A stretch of 64,000 bases of DNA, from contig JALNYN010000001.1 of assembly GCA_023229825.1 (NCBI GenBank), positions 14,422 to 78,421 on the forward strand. The letters are read 5' to 3'. A program made the translations under genes and the position numbers. This DNA comes from Minisyncoccota bacterium. Lineage in GTDB: Bacteria > Patescibacteriota > Minisyncoccia > Phycocordibacterales > CAIJYI01. Under the pieces are notes generated by a model that saw nothing but the letters and a program-made list of their open reading frames with translations, had not been told where the DNA came from and made no database searches. Positions 26,430-36,283 of this stretch are shown here, piece by piece; position 1 is the first letter of the stretch; the number at the start of each line of letters is the position of its first letter.

Positions 26430-27866
26430 ATGAAAATAACGCATGACAAAACGATGCAAAAAGGCGGAGCAGACATCGCTCTTTTGGTCGCTTTTTGTCT
26501 GTTTTTTCTTTCTGCGCTCGGGTCATTCATCTATTTTTCGCTTTTCGGCGATCCTCCGATAAATGGAGACAAGATACTGGAGCAAACAATGACGGCATCT
26601 TCCGCGGTAAAATCGTACACGGCAGAGATTTTTATTCAGAACGAAGGCGTTGCTTCTTCGAGCGCGGTAGTAAATGGAACGGTCAGAGTCGATACCGCCA
26701 CGGGGGCTCACAATGGTTTATTTTCCTTTTCTCTCTCGCGTAATAATACTAATCCGAGACTGGAAGTGGAAACGCTAACGTTTCCCGAAGCATCGTACGC
26801 GAAGTTCATCCTGAATGACAAGATGAATAAAAGTCTTGCGGCGTATCCGCCGGACTGGGTAATAATAACGGCTTCTGAGGTCGGTCCGGAACAATATGCC
26901 GTTTTACAGCGATCGCTCGCAGTTGCAGATGTTCTTGAGTTGTTTCGAAAAGGCGGCAAATATCTCGCTATAGAGGGAACAGCCGAAAAACAGATCGGCG
27001 GAGTCGAACCGCAAATACATTTTGTCCTTCGTCCCTCAAAGATCGAATCAGATCGTCCTTCGGAAGTATCTGAAAATTTTGATACGCTCCTTCGGAAAGG
27101 CGAGGTTAATGTGTGGGTCGCCGCAAAGGATAAGAGCGTGCGCGAGGTGAGATATTCCGTCAATGGTTATTCGATAACCATGAGGATAAAAAATACATCC
27201 GCGCGCCCAAATATTGAGAGGCCGGAAGGTTCGATCACTCTCACTGAATGGAAGACAAAACAGTTTTCCGCATTCGCCCTGAAAGACCCCATATCGGAAA
27301 TTTTTATCGGCTCCTACGGCGCCATAAAAAAAGAATATCTGGAAGCGCTCAGTTCCGCGATAAAAAAACAAACGGGGATCAAAGCAACGGTTCTGATCCC
27401 GGGGTCGGAACTTCCGCAGACAATGCCGCTGTATAACGCGGAACGAAAGCAGTTCGATGCGGATACCGCTTATAACAGTGCGAAAGCGGCATCGCAGAAA
27501 TATGGGGCAAAAACGCGCTTCATTTATGTGTTGGACGTAAATATGTATTCTTCATTGCGGCCAAAACAGGTATCAGCATGGTTCATCGATGAATTGGGGT
27601 CGAATACGGTGCTCATGTCACTGTACGGACTTCGCAGAATATCCGACACGGATCCGAGTCCAGCCGATCAACCGCTCGTTATTTCGCGGGCTCAAAAGAT
27701 CGCTCTTCACGCTCTCGGAACGAGCGTCGGTTTCGGCCTCTCGCCATCAACCGAAAACCCGACCTGTCTTTCATATAAGACGGATTCTCTCGCGGAACTC
27801 GATAAGCAAGGAACCGCGTACTGCGCACCGGAGAGTTCGACCACTAAAGCGTTCTTCAAAAAATAG
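26430..27866 (+). CDS. hypothetical membrane-anchored protein (N-terminal TM, large extracytoplasmic domain)
   Basis: 478-aa ORF, coding-like composition, no recognised motif. Confidence 0.6.
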   Translation: MKITHDKTMQKGGADIALLVAFCLFFLSALGSFIYFSLFGDPPINGDKILEQTMTASSAVKSYTAEIFIQNEGVASSSAVVNGTVRVDTATGAHNGLFSFSLSRNNTNPRLEVETLTFPEASYAKFILNDKMNKSLAAYPPDWVIITASEVGPEQYAVLQRSLAVADVLELFRKGGKYLAIEGTAEKQIGGVEPQIHFVLRPSKIESDRPSEVSENFDTLLRKGEVNVWVAAKDKSVREVRYSVNGYSITMRIKNTSARPNIERPEGSITLTEWKTKQFSAFALKDPISEIFIGSYGAIKKEYLEALSSAIKKQTGIKATVLIPGSELPQTMPLYNAERKQFDADTAYNSAKAASQKYGAKTRFIYVLDVNMYSSLRPKQVSAWFIDELGSNTVLMSLYGLRRISDTDPSPADQPLVISRAQKIALHALGTSVGFGLSPSTENPTCLSYKTDSLAELDKQGTAYCAPESSTTKAFFKK

Positions 27867-27950
27867 ATACTAATATACGAATGAGTACCAATATACGAAT
27901 GGATACGAATACGACCGGCAACGAAGAAGAGATGGAACATTGCTCGGATC

Positions 27951-28070
27951 GCCGGACCGGGGTTGTACTCCGGTCCGAAACGTTTGGACGATTCACTGGT
28001 TTTTTCTATTAATACAAATTCGAAGATGAATTCCAAACGTCATGAACGGGAGTACAACTCCCGTCCGGCG
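27951..28070. repeat. Family-A inverted pair (CCGGGGTTGTACTCCGG-TCCGAAACGTTTGG ... CCAAACGTCATGAACGGGAGTACAACTCCCGTCCGGCG)
   Basis: Conserved loop GTACAAC with different stem sequences in different copies. Confidence 0.6.
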
Positions 28071-28221
28071 AAGAATCTGCGAGTATTTTCCAACGATTGT
28101 GACGGTCAAAAATATAATACCATTTCTTGACGGTAAAAGTGAGAAAATAGACGCCGGCATTTAATTCTTTTGATATTCTCGGGGAGGGCATGAGCGAATG
28201 ATAACTGAGTTCTGTGAAAAG

Positions 28222-28268
28222 TTCAAACGTTTCGGACGGGGTCGGAGACCCCCGTCCGGCAGCCCGAC
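28222..28268. repeat. Family-A unit (CAAACGTTTCGGACGGGGTCGGAGACCCCCGTCCGGC)
   Basis: Reverse complement of the copies at 21-76 and 467-506. Confidence 0.6.
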
Positions 28269-28305
28269 AGCAGTTGCAGAAGAAGATGCGATAGAAGAAT
28301 ATTGC

Positions 28306-28340
28306 AAAAATCCTCCGATGTTGTCGGAGGATTTTTTTTT
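28306..28340 (-). terminator. rho-independent (bidirectional) terminator of the infC-rpmI-rplT operon
   Basis: AAAAATCCTCCGATGTTGTCGGAGGATTTTTTTTT. Confidence 0.8.
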
Positions 28341-28342
28341 GT

Positions 28343-28705
28343 TTATTTGGCAGCTGCTTCTTCCATAACTTTCGCGAATACTTCGGGATGGAATTCTGCG
28401 AGTTCGGCGAGCATCTTTCGGTTGAGGTCGATGTTCTTTTTCTTGAGGGCGCCCATGAGTTTGCTATAGGAGGGGATAGCGGCGTTTTCGAGCGCTCGTA
28501 CTCCGGCATTGATCTTAACATTCCACAATCGGCGGTAATCGCCTTTTTTGTCGCGGCGGTGAGCGAAAGCATGTGATCCGGCGTGCACAATAGCTTCAAA
28601 AGCCTGCTTTTCTTTAGTGCTGCGTCCAAAACGATATCCCTTGGTTTGGGCTAGCGTATTCTTTCGTGATTTATTGGCGGTGGTGCCTCGTTTAACTCTT
28701 GTCAT
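28343..28705 (-). CDS. rplT: 50S ribosomal protein L20
   Basis: MTRVKRG...HRRDKKGDYRRLWNVKINAG signature. Confidence 0.95.
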   Translation of the reverse strand: MTRVKRGTTANKSRKNTLAQTKGYRFGRSTKEKQAFEAIVHAGSHAFAHRRDKKGDYRRLWNVKINAGVRALENAAIPSYSKLMGALKKKNIDLNRKMLAELAEFHPEVFAKVMEEAAAK

Positions 28706-28735
28706 AGTAGTATGGATGTCAGGAACCTGACGTGA

Positions 28736-28924
28736 TTATTTCGCGTTTATTAAAAATCTGCTTTTTGCTTTGTTGGTCATCGTGAAGGTCGATGTCTTTC
28801 GCTTGCTCAACTGCTTTACGCGCTGTTCTCGGGAATTGAAGTGATTCAGTCCGCCTTTGCGTCCGAGTACTTTTCCTTTTTTGGTCACGCGCAACCGTTT
28901 CGTAAATGATTTGTTCGTTTTCAT
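28736..28924 (-). CDS. rpmI: 50S ribosomal protein L35
   Basis: MKTNKSFTKRLRVTKKGKV..; conserved infC-rpmI-rplT order. Confidence 0.9.
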   Translation of the reverse strand: MKTNKSFTKRLRVTKKGKVLGRKGGLNHFNSREQRVKQLSKRKTSTFTMTNKAKSRFLINAK

Positions 28925-29015
28925 AGTAATTTAGGTTTTAGGTGTTAGGTGTTAGGTGTTAGGTTACGACGATCGTCGCCGGAAACTAAAAGCTAACACC
29001 TAAAACCTAACACCT
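28925..29015. repeat. Family-C element, intact compact copy (TTAGG arm - ACGACGATCGTCG core - CCTAA arm) in the rpmI-infC spacer
   Basis: ggttttaggtgttaggtgttaggtgttaggttacgacgatcgtcgccggaaactaaaagctaacacctaaaacctaacacc. Confidence 0.75.
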
Positions 29016-29021
29016 CGTTAA

Positions 29022-29534
29022 TTATTTCTTATTCGTTCTTTCTATTACAATGGTCAGACCTTTCGGACCTTTTTTCGGACCGTCGATCACTTTATATTCT
29101 TCGGAAATGAAATGAAGCAGTCTTTCCATTCTTTCTTTGAGGAAGGACTCATTCAGATACTTCGCGCGGCCTTTGAGGAAAAGGTTGATCTTCACGCGGT
29201 GGCCTTCTTTAAGCCAAGTTGACGCGTTTTTCGCCTTAAGCTCAAGATCGTGCTCTCCGGTGCCGATCGTGACCTGCAAACTCTTGAGCTCCGTGGTATG
29301 GGCGTTCTGTTTGGTTGCTTTTTCCTTTTTGCTCTTCTCGTAGACGAATTTACCATAATCTAGGATTTTTGCAACAGGCGGGACAGCATTCGGGGAAATC
29401 TCCACCAGATCGAGTCCGGCTTGTTCTGCTCGCGCCATCGCATCTTCCCGGGAAATAACTCCCAGAGGAGATCCATCGGGTGCAATAACCCGAAGCTGCG
29501 GCGCGCGTATTTGTCCATTTATTCGTTCGTACAA
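29022..29534 (-). CDS. infC: translation initiation factor IF-3 (start uncertain; probably a non-ATG start such as TTG at 29534 or nearby ATA/ATT; the ATG at 29663 gives an unconserved 45-aa extension)
   Basis: INGQIRAPQLRVI..GVISREDA...; IF-3 commonly uses atypical start codons. Confidence 0.8.
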   Translation of the reverse strand: MYERINGQIRAPQLRVIAPDGSPLGVISREDAMARAEQAGLDLVEISPNAVPPVAKILDYGKFVYEKSKKEKATKQNAHTTELKSLQVTIGTGEHDLELKAKNASTWLKEGHRVKINLFLKGRAKYLNESFLKERMERLLHFISEEYKVIDGPKKGPKGLTIVIERTNKK

Positions 29535-30094
29535 GGTATTATTATATAAGACTTTAATTGGTAAGTCTACATTGTAACAAATATTGTGTTTTTTGGCAAT
29601 AACGAAAGCGGAATCTCCGGAAGTACAAAAAAAGAGTCCCGGAGGGGACTCTTTATAAATCAATCATTCTTCATGGGAATGATAAATGATCGGTTCGGTG
29701 TCTGTTTTTTCTTGAACATAGCGGCTGACATCGAGAGTATAACAGTCTTCAAGGATCTCGATCGCTTGCGTTCCAAGACTGGTTTTTACGATGACCTTCT
29801 TTTTCACTTCGTCATAGGCGATCTTTTGAACGCAAAATACCATATTGCAACCGGGGATGGTTATTTCCGTAACAACACTTCTCCTCGGCGTATGTACAGC
29901 ATCGGGAGGGGATCGTCAAATATGTTGTCGTTCATTTCTATTCTCCTCATCTTAAATATAAAGAACAAAAGTTGAATTATTTATACATCCGGAGTGGCAA
30001 AATGTCAATATGTGGATAAACTGGCGAGAGAGGATAAAAAAATCGCCCCACGGGTGGGGCGATCGAATCTTCTTTTTCTGAAAAATTTTCTTTT

Positions 30095-30805
30095 TTATTC
30101 TGCGCCTTCGTACTCGGGCAGATTGTCTTCATCTTCCTCTTTTGCGTGCATATCAACGACCTTATCAATAAGACCAAAATGGAGCGCTTCGTCAGCGTAC
30201 ATGAAGCGTTCTCTGCGCAGCATTCGTCTTACTTCTGTTTCGCTGCGTTTTGTCTTTGCGACCAAGATCTTTACCATCTTATTATCGATCTCATCGAATT
30301 CTTTAATAAGAAGCCCTCGTGCCTTGTCCTTTTTTAAGGTGCGGGCATTAATGGGGAGATATCCTTGGCTGTAGTGGCAGAAAAATTGAGTGTTCTCCGT
30401 AGCGTTTCGGTAAGAGCAGCCTTGAAGCAACAGCTGTATTGCCGCCGAGCTGACAAATTCGCAGACGAGACCCGTTACCGGTCCGTACAATCTGAACTGG
30501 TCATGAATACCGAATCCTGCGCGGATGAAACCGCCATCGGAAGTAATGTTTACCAGGATCTGCGGACGGCTTTTCATTGTGAGAAATTTAAAGCTGTTTC
30601 GGACCCTTGCGGCCATATCTTCGTCGACCATATCCGCCAAATAGATCTGCGGAGGTCTTCCTTCTAAAAGCTTAACATCGATCGCATTTGAAAATTCTCT
30701 TGGGAAAAGCCCGTCGCTTCTTCTTTGGAGATATTTGGCGATCGAGGCGAGCGGAGCATCGCAGAAGAGCATTTCTCTGTCGGTATTATTCCTTTCAATG
30801 TTCAT
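30095..30805 (-). CDS. ClpP-family (S14) peptidase-like protein, divergent
   Basis: ITSDGG (cf. INSPGG), Ser in VSSAAI, His in CHYSQG, EALHFGLIDKVV. Confidence 0.7.
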   Translation of the reverse strand: MNIERNNTDREMLFCDAPLASIAKYLQRRSDGLFPREFSNAIDVKLLEGRPPQIYLADMVDEDMAARVRNSFKFLTMKSRPQILVNITSDGGFIRAGFGIHDQFRLYGPVTGLVCEFVSSAAIQLLLQGCSYRNATENTQFFCHYSQGYLPINARTLKKDKARGLLIKEFDEIDNKMVKILVAKTKRSETEVRRMLRRERFMYADEALHFGLIDKVVDMHAKEEDEDNLPEYEGAE

Positions 30806-30914
30806 AGGAACCTCCTATCAATTCCTTGTTTCTCTCTTTTTAGAGTATGCCTATCCATCTTCACTGTCAATTCCTAAAAAGACCGCCGCGATTCTCGATC
30901 GCGGCGGTTTTTGG

Positions 30915-31619
30915 TCACTCAATTTTATCTTGTTCTGCTTCGTTGACATCCGCTTCAGGATTTCCGGTATCGTTGAATTTGAACCCGAGAACGCCGTCAA
31001 GCAATCCGAACGCCAGCGCTTCTTTTGCCGGCAGATAACGAGCGCGCGCGAGCAGTTTCAACACTTCTTGTTCGCTTTTTTTTGTTCTTCTCATGATGAT
31101 AGTGACAACGTTCTTCTTCAGGTTTTCCAGATCATAAAGAAGTCTCATGTGCCAGCCGGCGCTCTTCAGATCGTGTTCTGTGATCACCATTCCTGTGAGA
31201 GCATTGTGGCACATAATTTTACTGTTTTCCGATGCAATACGGATCGTGCATCCCTGGAGAATAATCATTGCCGCCGCTGAGCATACTTTTCCGATAGCAA
31301 AGCCTTTCACCGTAATCCCGGTTTCAAGTGCATACAGCATAAGAAGATCGTGTATTTCAAGTCCTACGTCAGCATCACCTCCCGGGGAGGAAATTTTAAC
31401 CGTGAGAACCCCTTCTCTTGGGGGATGGACGGTAAGGAATAACATACCCTTTCTTGCGTATTCCAGCATATTTTCGTTGACCTCGCCGCTGAAATAGAGA
31501 ACACCTTGCTCAAGGAGCGCGATCAGATCGGCATTTTCCATATTTTTGGGGAGAAGAAAAGTATTTTGATTTTCATCTTCCCAGTCCAAACGAGTTTTTT
31601 TACCATTATTACGGTCCAT
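30915..31619 (-). CDS. ClpP-family (S14) peptidase-like protein, paralog in tandem
   Basis: ISSPGGDADVGLEIHD, CSAAAM, MCHNA, EALAFGLLDGVL. Confidence 0.7.
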   Translation of the reverse strand: MDRNNGKKTRLDWEDENQNTFLLPKNMENADLIALLEQGVLYFSGEVNENMLEYARKGMLFLTVHPPREGVLTVKISSPGGDADVGLEIHDLLMLYALETGITVKGFAIGKVCSAAAMIILQGCTIRIASENSKIMCHNALTGMVITEHDLKSAGWHMRLLYDLENLKKNVVTIIMRRTKKSEQEVLKLLARARYLPAKEALAFGLLDGVLGFKFNDTGNPEADVNEAEQDKIE

Positions 31620-31865
31620 TTACCCTCCTTTTTTGTGTAAAAGTACCCATAGCTAATCTCATATTGCTATTTTTTGATAGAGTTGTCAAGAAAAAACACC
31701 TTCTCGACGAGCGTCGAAAAAGTGTTTTTTTTGAAGGAAGATATTCCTTCGCATTTTCCGCGAGAGCGCGGGAAAACTTTTTATGATTTGTTTTTTCTGC
31801 TTGCCCGCTCGAGTAGCGTGAACGGACAAGATATCAATAGCTGTGTTTATTTAGTTGTTGAGAGG

Positions 31866-31935
31866 GTTTTAGACAGGGCTTGCCCTGCGTAGCCTCCGAT
31901 GGGAGACAGGGCCTGCCCTGCGTAGCCTCGGCGGA
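31866..31935. repeat. tandem direct repeat of a ~25-bp hairpin unit (GACAGGGC(T/C)TGCCCTGCGTAGCCTC x2) upstream of the ClpP-like pair
   Basis: Direct reading. Confidence 0.5.
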
Positions 31936-32299
31936 GCAGGGGACCCGCGCGAATTCGTTTTGATCGAGATGAAAGGAACTGTTCTTTTTTAACGGAAAAT
32001 GTAAATTCTTTTTTTGTTTTTTCTTTTTTTGTTAAAAATTCGGCAAATCGATGGAACTTCATCCATGGCTGGCGTTCAAGCGAATCGGCAACGAACGGCG
32101 TAATATATAATTTTGTTCTCATATTTTTTTATATTAGTGCCAATACTCGACAGAGAAGTTGGGCGCCATCTTCTCTTCAAATTGATACGCGATGCAACTT
32201 TTTATTATTTCATAAAATTGTTTATTTTTCGTATTGCAAATGGAATAAAAATGATTGTCAACAACAAACTTAAAATAGACGTAAAACACTAAATCAAAA

Positions 32300-32340
32300 A
32301 TCCGAAACACGATATTGTGTTTCGGATCCGGACTTTTGCT
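32300..32340 (-). terminator. rho-independent terminator after the anti-sigma gene
   Basis: CCGAAACACGATATTGTGTTTCGG, followed by a T-run on the minus strand. Confidence 0.6.
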
Positions 32341-32346
32341 TTCGTT

Positions 32347-33084
32347 TTATCGGCAGGGATTCGGCTCCACAACTCCCGACCAGCGACGCAGTTCTTTGGC
32401 TTCAAACACATAATTGCCTTGCGCTGTTCCGAGTATTTTTACCCTTTCGCCGGGGCGATCAATAGCGCCTCTTGAAAAAACCGGCGTACCCGTGGCGATC
32501 CATCGGTTTCCTTGAAAATCTACGATGATAATGGGCTTTGTTCCCGTGGAGATTATCATTCCCGCGAGCAGTCCTCTGTCCGGCTGGAGCCACAAGCAAA
32601 CATGGTTTCCCGTTATCGAGTGGTAACTGGGGACGTTCGCAATTAAATAATTATCCACTTTTTCTCCGATTCCCGCGAAATAAGAAAACACGCCGAGAAT
32701 AAGGCTGATGGCTATGCAAAGAGAGATAACGACAGACTGTTTATATCGGTAACCGCGTTCTGATTCGGAAAACGCATAATACGAATAGAAAATGAATATG
32801 CAGAGGAAGAAAAGCCAGAGAAACGGAAAGTTTTTCAGTACGTTCTCCCAGAAGGTCCGCCCCGCCTGGTTATAAATATCCCAGTCATCCGTAAGCAGCG
32901 TTTCTAAAAATACGCTGAAAGAAAGCGTTCCGATAATTAGGGAGGATGCTGATATCGCGAGCACAGAAAGATCATTGAAGAGAAATCTCCATTTTGATCT
33001 TGGCGTAATGCGCTCTTCTTTGATACGGCGCATCACGCAATCTACGCAATTTTCCTCATTTTTCTGTTCCATATTTTTTGACAT
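32347..33084 (-). CDS. putative anti-sigma factor: N-terminal zinc-finger-like CxxC, TM segments
   Basis: Overlaps and is co-oriented with the upstream ECF sigma gene; NCVDCVMRRI motif; multi-TM. Confidence 0.55.
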   Translation of the reverse strand: MSKNMEQKNEENCVDCVMRRIKEERITPRSKWRFLFNDLSVLAISASSLIIGTLSFSVFLETLLTDDWDIYNQAGRTFWENVLKNFPFLWLFFLCIFIFYSYYAFSESERGYRYKQSVVISLCIAISLILGVFSYFAGIGEKVDNYLIANVPSYHSITGNHVCLWLQPDRGLLAGMIISTGTKPIIIVDFQGNRWIATGTPVFSRGAIDRPGERVKILGTAQGNYVFEAKELRRWSGVVEPNPCR

Positions 33085-33652
33085 ATTCGTCTTTGAATAT
33101 TGCTTTTGCCCGTGAAAGGAGCGTGCCGATGGTGCCGACGGGTTTCTTTAAAATGTCTGAAATTTCTTCATAATCCATTTCTTCCAAATAGCGGAGGATA
33201 AGCACTTCGCGATATTTCTGATCTATTTCCGCCAGAACCCGAGACACTTCTTCCTTGGCGTAACGGATCTCGTTTTCGTTCGGCTGTCCGTCGGCGACGT
33301 ATCTCTCAAAGAAGTCGTAGGTATCGTTGTCGGTCGAAACGAGCTGCGGCCGCGTTTTTTCTTTTCGCAGCAAACTCACCGCATGATTGTGGGTAATGCG
33401 GTACGCCCAAGAAGAGAATTTCAGGGACGGATCGAATCCGCGGAGATTGAGATATATCTTAATGAAAACTTCCTGCAGGACATCATCTATCGAATTACGA
33501 AAGGAAGGGACGACGCGGATGATGTATCGTCCGAGCGGGGCGGTGTACCTTCTCATCAGGCACCCGAAATACTCTTGGTCCTCCAAAGAGAGGGCGACTA
33601 ATTCCTCATCGGTTTTTTCAGTACAACGTTCATCCATAATAAGCAAATTCAC
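33056..33652 (-). CDS. RNA polymerase sigma-70 factor, ECF subfamily
   Basis: Region 2 (VLQEVFIKIYLNLRGFD...SWAYRITHN) and region 4 (YREVLILRYLEEMDYEEIS..KPVGTIGTLLSRA). Confidence 0.85.
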   Translation of the reverse strand: MNLLIMDERCTEKTDEELVALSLEDQEYFGCLMRRYTAPLGRYIIRVVPSFRNSIDDVLQEVFIKIYLNLRGFDPSLKFSSWAYRITHNHAVSLLRKEKTRPQLVSTDNDTYDFFERYVADGQPNENEIRYAKEEVSRVLAEIDQKYREVLILRYLEEMDYEEISDILKKPVGTIGTLLSRAKAIFKDEYVKKYGTEK

Positions 33653-33691
33653 TCCTAAACATTATACACTATTATATAAAAATTTATTTCA

Positions 33692-34948
33692 TCACTTCTT
33701 CACTCCGTCAGAACCGGCGACCCATCCGGTGGTCCAGCAAAGCTGAAGAGAGAATCCTCCCGAGGGGCGATTGATATCGAGCACGTCGCCGAGGAGATAC
33801 AGATTCGGATGAAATTTTGAAGTCATATTGGAAAAGTTGACTTCCGTGAGCGCGACACCTCCATCGGCGATCAGTGCCTTTTCAAAACCGAGCGTGCCGG
33901 TAATGGGGAAGCAAAGATCTTTCATTCTTTTCACCAGGGTTTTTCGTTCTTCTTTAGTGACCGCATTGGCTTCTTTCTCAGCAAGACGAAGCTCGGGAAA
34001 ATTCAGAATTTGCTCCGCGAGGGCCTTGTCCATCATTCCAGGAATAATATTTTTTAGCATCTTGTTTTTGTTTTGTTCAAAAAGACGCCAGACTCGCCGA
34101 TCAAGTTCATTTTCTTCCGTATCGGGAAACATGTCTATACTGGCGATGACCGGACCCGCCTCAAGTAGCTTTTTAACTTCGAACGATGAGTTTAGAATGA
34201 GCGGTCCGGAAACTCCGAAGTGTGTAAAGAGGATCTTTCCGGTTTTTTTGAGCATTGTTTTTGCTTGCCCTCTGCATGTCGAAGGGTCGCCTTGTCGAAA
34301 ACGGATCGTCATAAAAGAAAGAGAAATTCCGGAAAGCGCGTGTACCCATGCGGCGTCAGTCGTAAGAGGAACGAGATTTGGATTCGGTTCTTTTACGGCG
34401 TGACCGAGTTTCTCCAATATTTGAGCGCCCTCACCGCCGATACCGGACGCCAGCGCCGCCTTTTGCCCGATGAAGCTATCGCCTGACTTTGTTTCCACTA
34501 AAAAATTGCCGTCTTTATCTTTGGAAAGTCCGACCACTTTCGTTCCGAGTTTTATTTCAACATTGTTTTCTTTGATGTAGCGCGCCATGACATCAGTGAC
34601 ATCGCTCGCTTTCTGTGTTTTCGGAAAAGCGCGTTTTCTTCCTTCAACGACGAGAGGCAGCCCTTTTTTCTCAAAAAAATCAAAGGTGTCTTTTACCGAG
34701 AATTTCGAAAAAGGAGAGAAAAGAAATTCTTTTGCTTCGGGGAAATTCGCCAAAAAAGCGCGGTTGTCGAATTCCGCATTTGTGATATTGCATCGTCCGC
34801 CGCCGGTAAGAGAGAGTTTTTTGCCGAGATCTTTGTTTTTTTCAATCAAAAGCACGCGGCTGCCGAGTTCTGCCGCCCGCCCCGCGCACATCATCCCCGA
34901 AGGCCCGCCGCCGATGACGATAAGATCAAAAATACGATTATTTTGCAT
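33692..34948 (-). CDS. NAD(P)/FAD-dependent oxidoreductase, HI0933/BaiN family
   Basis: DLIVIGGGPSGMMCAGRAAELG...GGGRCNITN; start taken at MQNNRIF. Confidence 0.8.
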   Translation of the reverse strand: MQNNRIFDLIVIGGGPSGMMCAGRAAELGSRVLLIEKNKDLGKKLSLTGGGRCNITNAEFDNRAFLANFPEAKEFLFSPFSKFSVKDTFDFFEKKGLPLVVEGRKRAFPKTQKASDVTDVMARYIKENNVEIKLGTKVVGLSKDKDGNFLVETKSGDSFIGQKAALASGIGGEGAQILEKLGHAVKEPNPNLVPLTTDAAWVHALSGISLSFMTIRFRQGDPSTCRGQAKTMLKKTGKILFTHFGVSGPLILNSSFEVKKLLEAGPVIASIDMFPDTEENELDRRVWRLFEQNKNKMLKNIIPGMMDKALAEQILNFPELRLAEKEANAVTKEERKTLVKRMKDLCFPITGTLGFEKALIADGGVALTEVNFSNMTSKFHPNLYLLGDVLDINRPSGGFSLQLCWTTGWVAGSDGVKK

Positions 34949-35036
34949 TCCCACACGATAACACAGTTTGACAAAATATTCCAGTTTGTGTATTGTTTCC
35001 ATGGTTTTGTTGAAATAAAAAAGAGGAGAAAAACCA

Positions 35037-35309
35037 ATGTATTTAAAAGAAAGCCGAATGAAACCAGTTGAGAGAGATATTGGAAGGGAACTTTGTTTTT
35101 GGAAAGCCCTCGAAAGAGCAAGTACTATTTATTTCAACCAGAAAACAAACGAAGTTTTCGTTAGGGAATCTGGTGAAAAATTCGCCATAAAAACCGACCT
35201 TCTTTTTTTGCGTCTCTCTGTGCGAGACACTAAGGGTGCTTTGCGGGATGATTTAGAGAAGGCCTTACGTGCTTTTGGTTTATGGGTTGATGTCGTGGAA
35301 ATACAATAA
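35037..35309 (+). CDS. hypothetical small protein
   Basis: 90-aa ORF with a GGAG upstream; weak. Confidence 0.3.
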   Translation: MYLKESRMKPVERDIGRELCFWKALERASTIYFNQKTNEVFVRESGEKFAIKTDLLFLRLSVRDTKGALRDDLEKALRAFGLWVDVVEIQ

Positions 35310-35504
35310 ATAAAATATACTGTTCGAGAAATATACGGAGGAACTATCCGAACGCGCCGGTCTTGATGTAGTCTTTGAATAGTATTTAAAAGCAGCGAGC
35401 GGGTTTTTGCCCGCTCGTTTTTTTATTTTCAAGTGAGTGAGTGTAATGAAAGTTGCAACTTTCATTACCGAACGAACGCAGAAAAAATAAGAATGAAATT
35501 GCTT

Positions 35505-35699
35505 TTATTTTATCACAAACACATCCTCAATATGTTTTTGTTTGAGAACCATCGAAATTTTGTGCGCCAAGAGCAGGGAAGGGTTGTAGCGGCCCGCTTC
35601 GAGCGAGATGATCGTCTGACGGGTGACGCCGGCTTTTTCCGCGAGTTCTTCCTGCGTGATGCCGAACTTTTTTCGGAGTTCCGAGATATTCGTTTTCAT
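35505..35699 (-). CDS. XRE-family HTH transcriptional regulator
   Basis: [35 protein letters not shown]; start at MKTNISEL. Confidence 0.8.
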   Translation of the reverse strand: MKTNISELRKKFGITQEELAEKAGVTRQTIISLEAGRYNPSLLLAHKISMVLKQKHIEDVFVIK

Positions 35700-35788
35700 A
35701 GAAGTTAGGTTTAGAACAATAGAGCAACGGAACGATAGAACAGTTTTTTGTTCTGTTCCATTGTTCACTTGTTCTATTGTTTGGGGAT

Positions 35789-36214
35789 TTAATTATTTTT
35801 ATCCAACCAATAATTCGTTGCCGCTTTGGCGATCAGTCCGGCGATAATTGCTATTATAATAACGGGATCAACAAAAGCTTCTTTTCCTTGCGCTACGTTT
35901 TGCGCGAGCTCAAAAGCGACGCCGGTTGCAAGCACGGCGAGTATAACCCAAAGCGCGTTTCGTTCCGCGATGGCTTCGTGTAATGAGTCGCGTTCATCCT
36001 TCGGAACATGGATCATAATATCCGCCATGTCTACAGAAAAAATAACGAACCATACGACAATTGCGCCGAGTATGATCTCGTTCACCTGCGTCAACGACAT
36101 AACAACAAGAGGGGATATCATGATCAAGGTATACACCCATCCTTGCCATGTCGCCGGCATAAGTCCCCAGCCGGCATATTTTCGTCTTTTGAACCACTCT
36201 TTTTTTCCTATCAC
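35789..36214 (-). CDS. membrane protein (DUF2975/DUF2178-like, typically co-operonic with a small XRE regulator)
   Basis: Four TM segments; gene order mirrors yoaS-yozG-type pairs. Confidence 0.55.
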   Translation of the reverse strand: MIGKKEWFKRRKYAGWGLMPATWQGWVYTLIMISPLVVMSLTQVNEIILGAIVVWFVIFSVDMADIMIHVPKDERDSLHEAIAERNALWVILAVLATGVAFELAQNVAQGKEAFVDPVIIIAIIAGLIAKAATNYWLDKNN

Positions 36215-36243
36215 GTTTTTATTTTCTTAGCTTATAAGTATTA

Positions 36244-36283
36244 TACTCCGCAAATTCTAGCATATGCTAGAATTTGCGGAGTA
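36244..36283. promoter_or_regulatory. perfect 40-bp palindrome in the divergent promoter region (candidate operator)
   Basis: TACTCCGCAAATTCTAGCAT|ATGCTAGAATTTGCGGAGTA. Confidence 0.5.

Noticed and set aside
28009-28629. 206-aa minus-strand ORF overlapping rplT and the family-A repeat cluster
   Set aside because: Out of frame with the unmistakable L20 ORF and runs through the repeat elements and a terminator; not coding.
28925-29015. Heptamer tandem repeats (TTAGG/CCTAA arrays) as a possible CRISPR array
   Set aside because: Units are 7 bp with no unique spacers and no cas genes; they form inverted arms of the family-C element, not a CRISPR.
29535-29663. ATG start at 29663 for infC giving a 45-aa N-terminal extension
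   Set aside because: The extension (MIYKESPPGLFFCTSG...) has no similarity to IF-3 N-termini; IF-3 characteristically starts at a non-ATG codon. A TTG at 29534 or nearby ATA/ATT is preferred, but the exact start remains uncertain.
29665-29844. 59-aa minus-strand ORF (MVFCVQKIAYDEVKKKVIVKTSLGTQAIEILEDCYTLDVSRYVQEKTDTEPIIYHSHEE) upstream of infC
   Set aside because: Plausible small protein, but below the size threshold of the ORF track, with no recognisable motif or RBS; not reported as a feature.
31847-32122. 91-aa minus-strand ORF upstream of the ClpP-like pair
   Set aside because: Its C-terminal half is a translation of the tandem hairpin DNA repeat (GYAGQALSPIGGYAGQALS); more likely a non-coding regulatory repeat.
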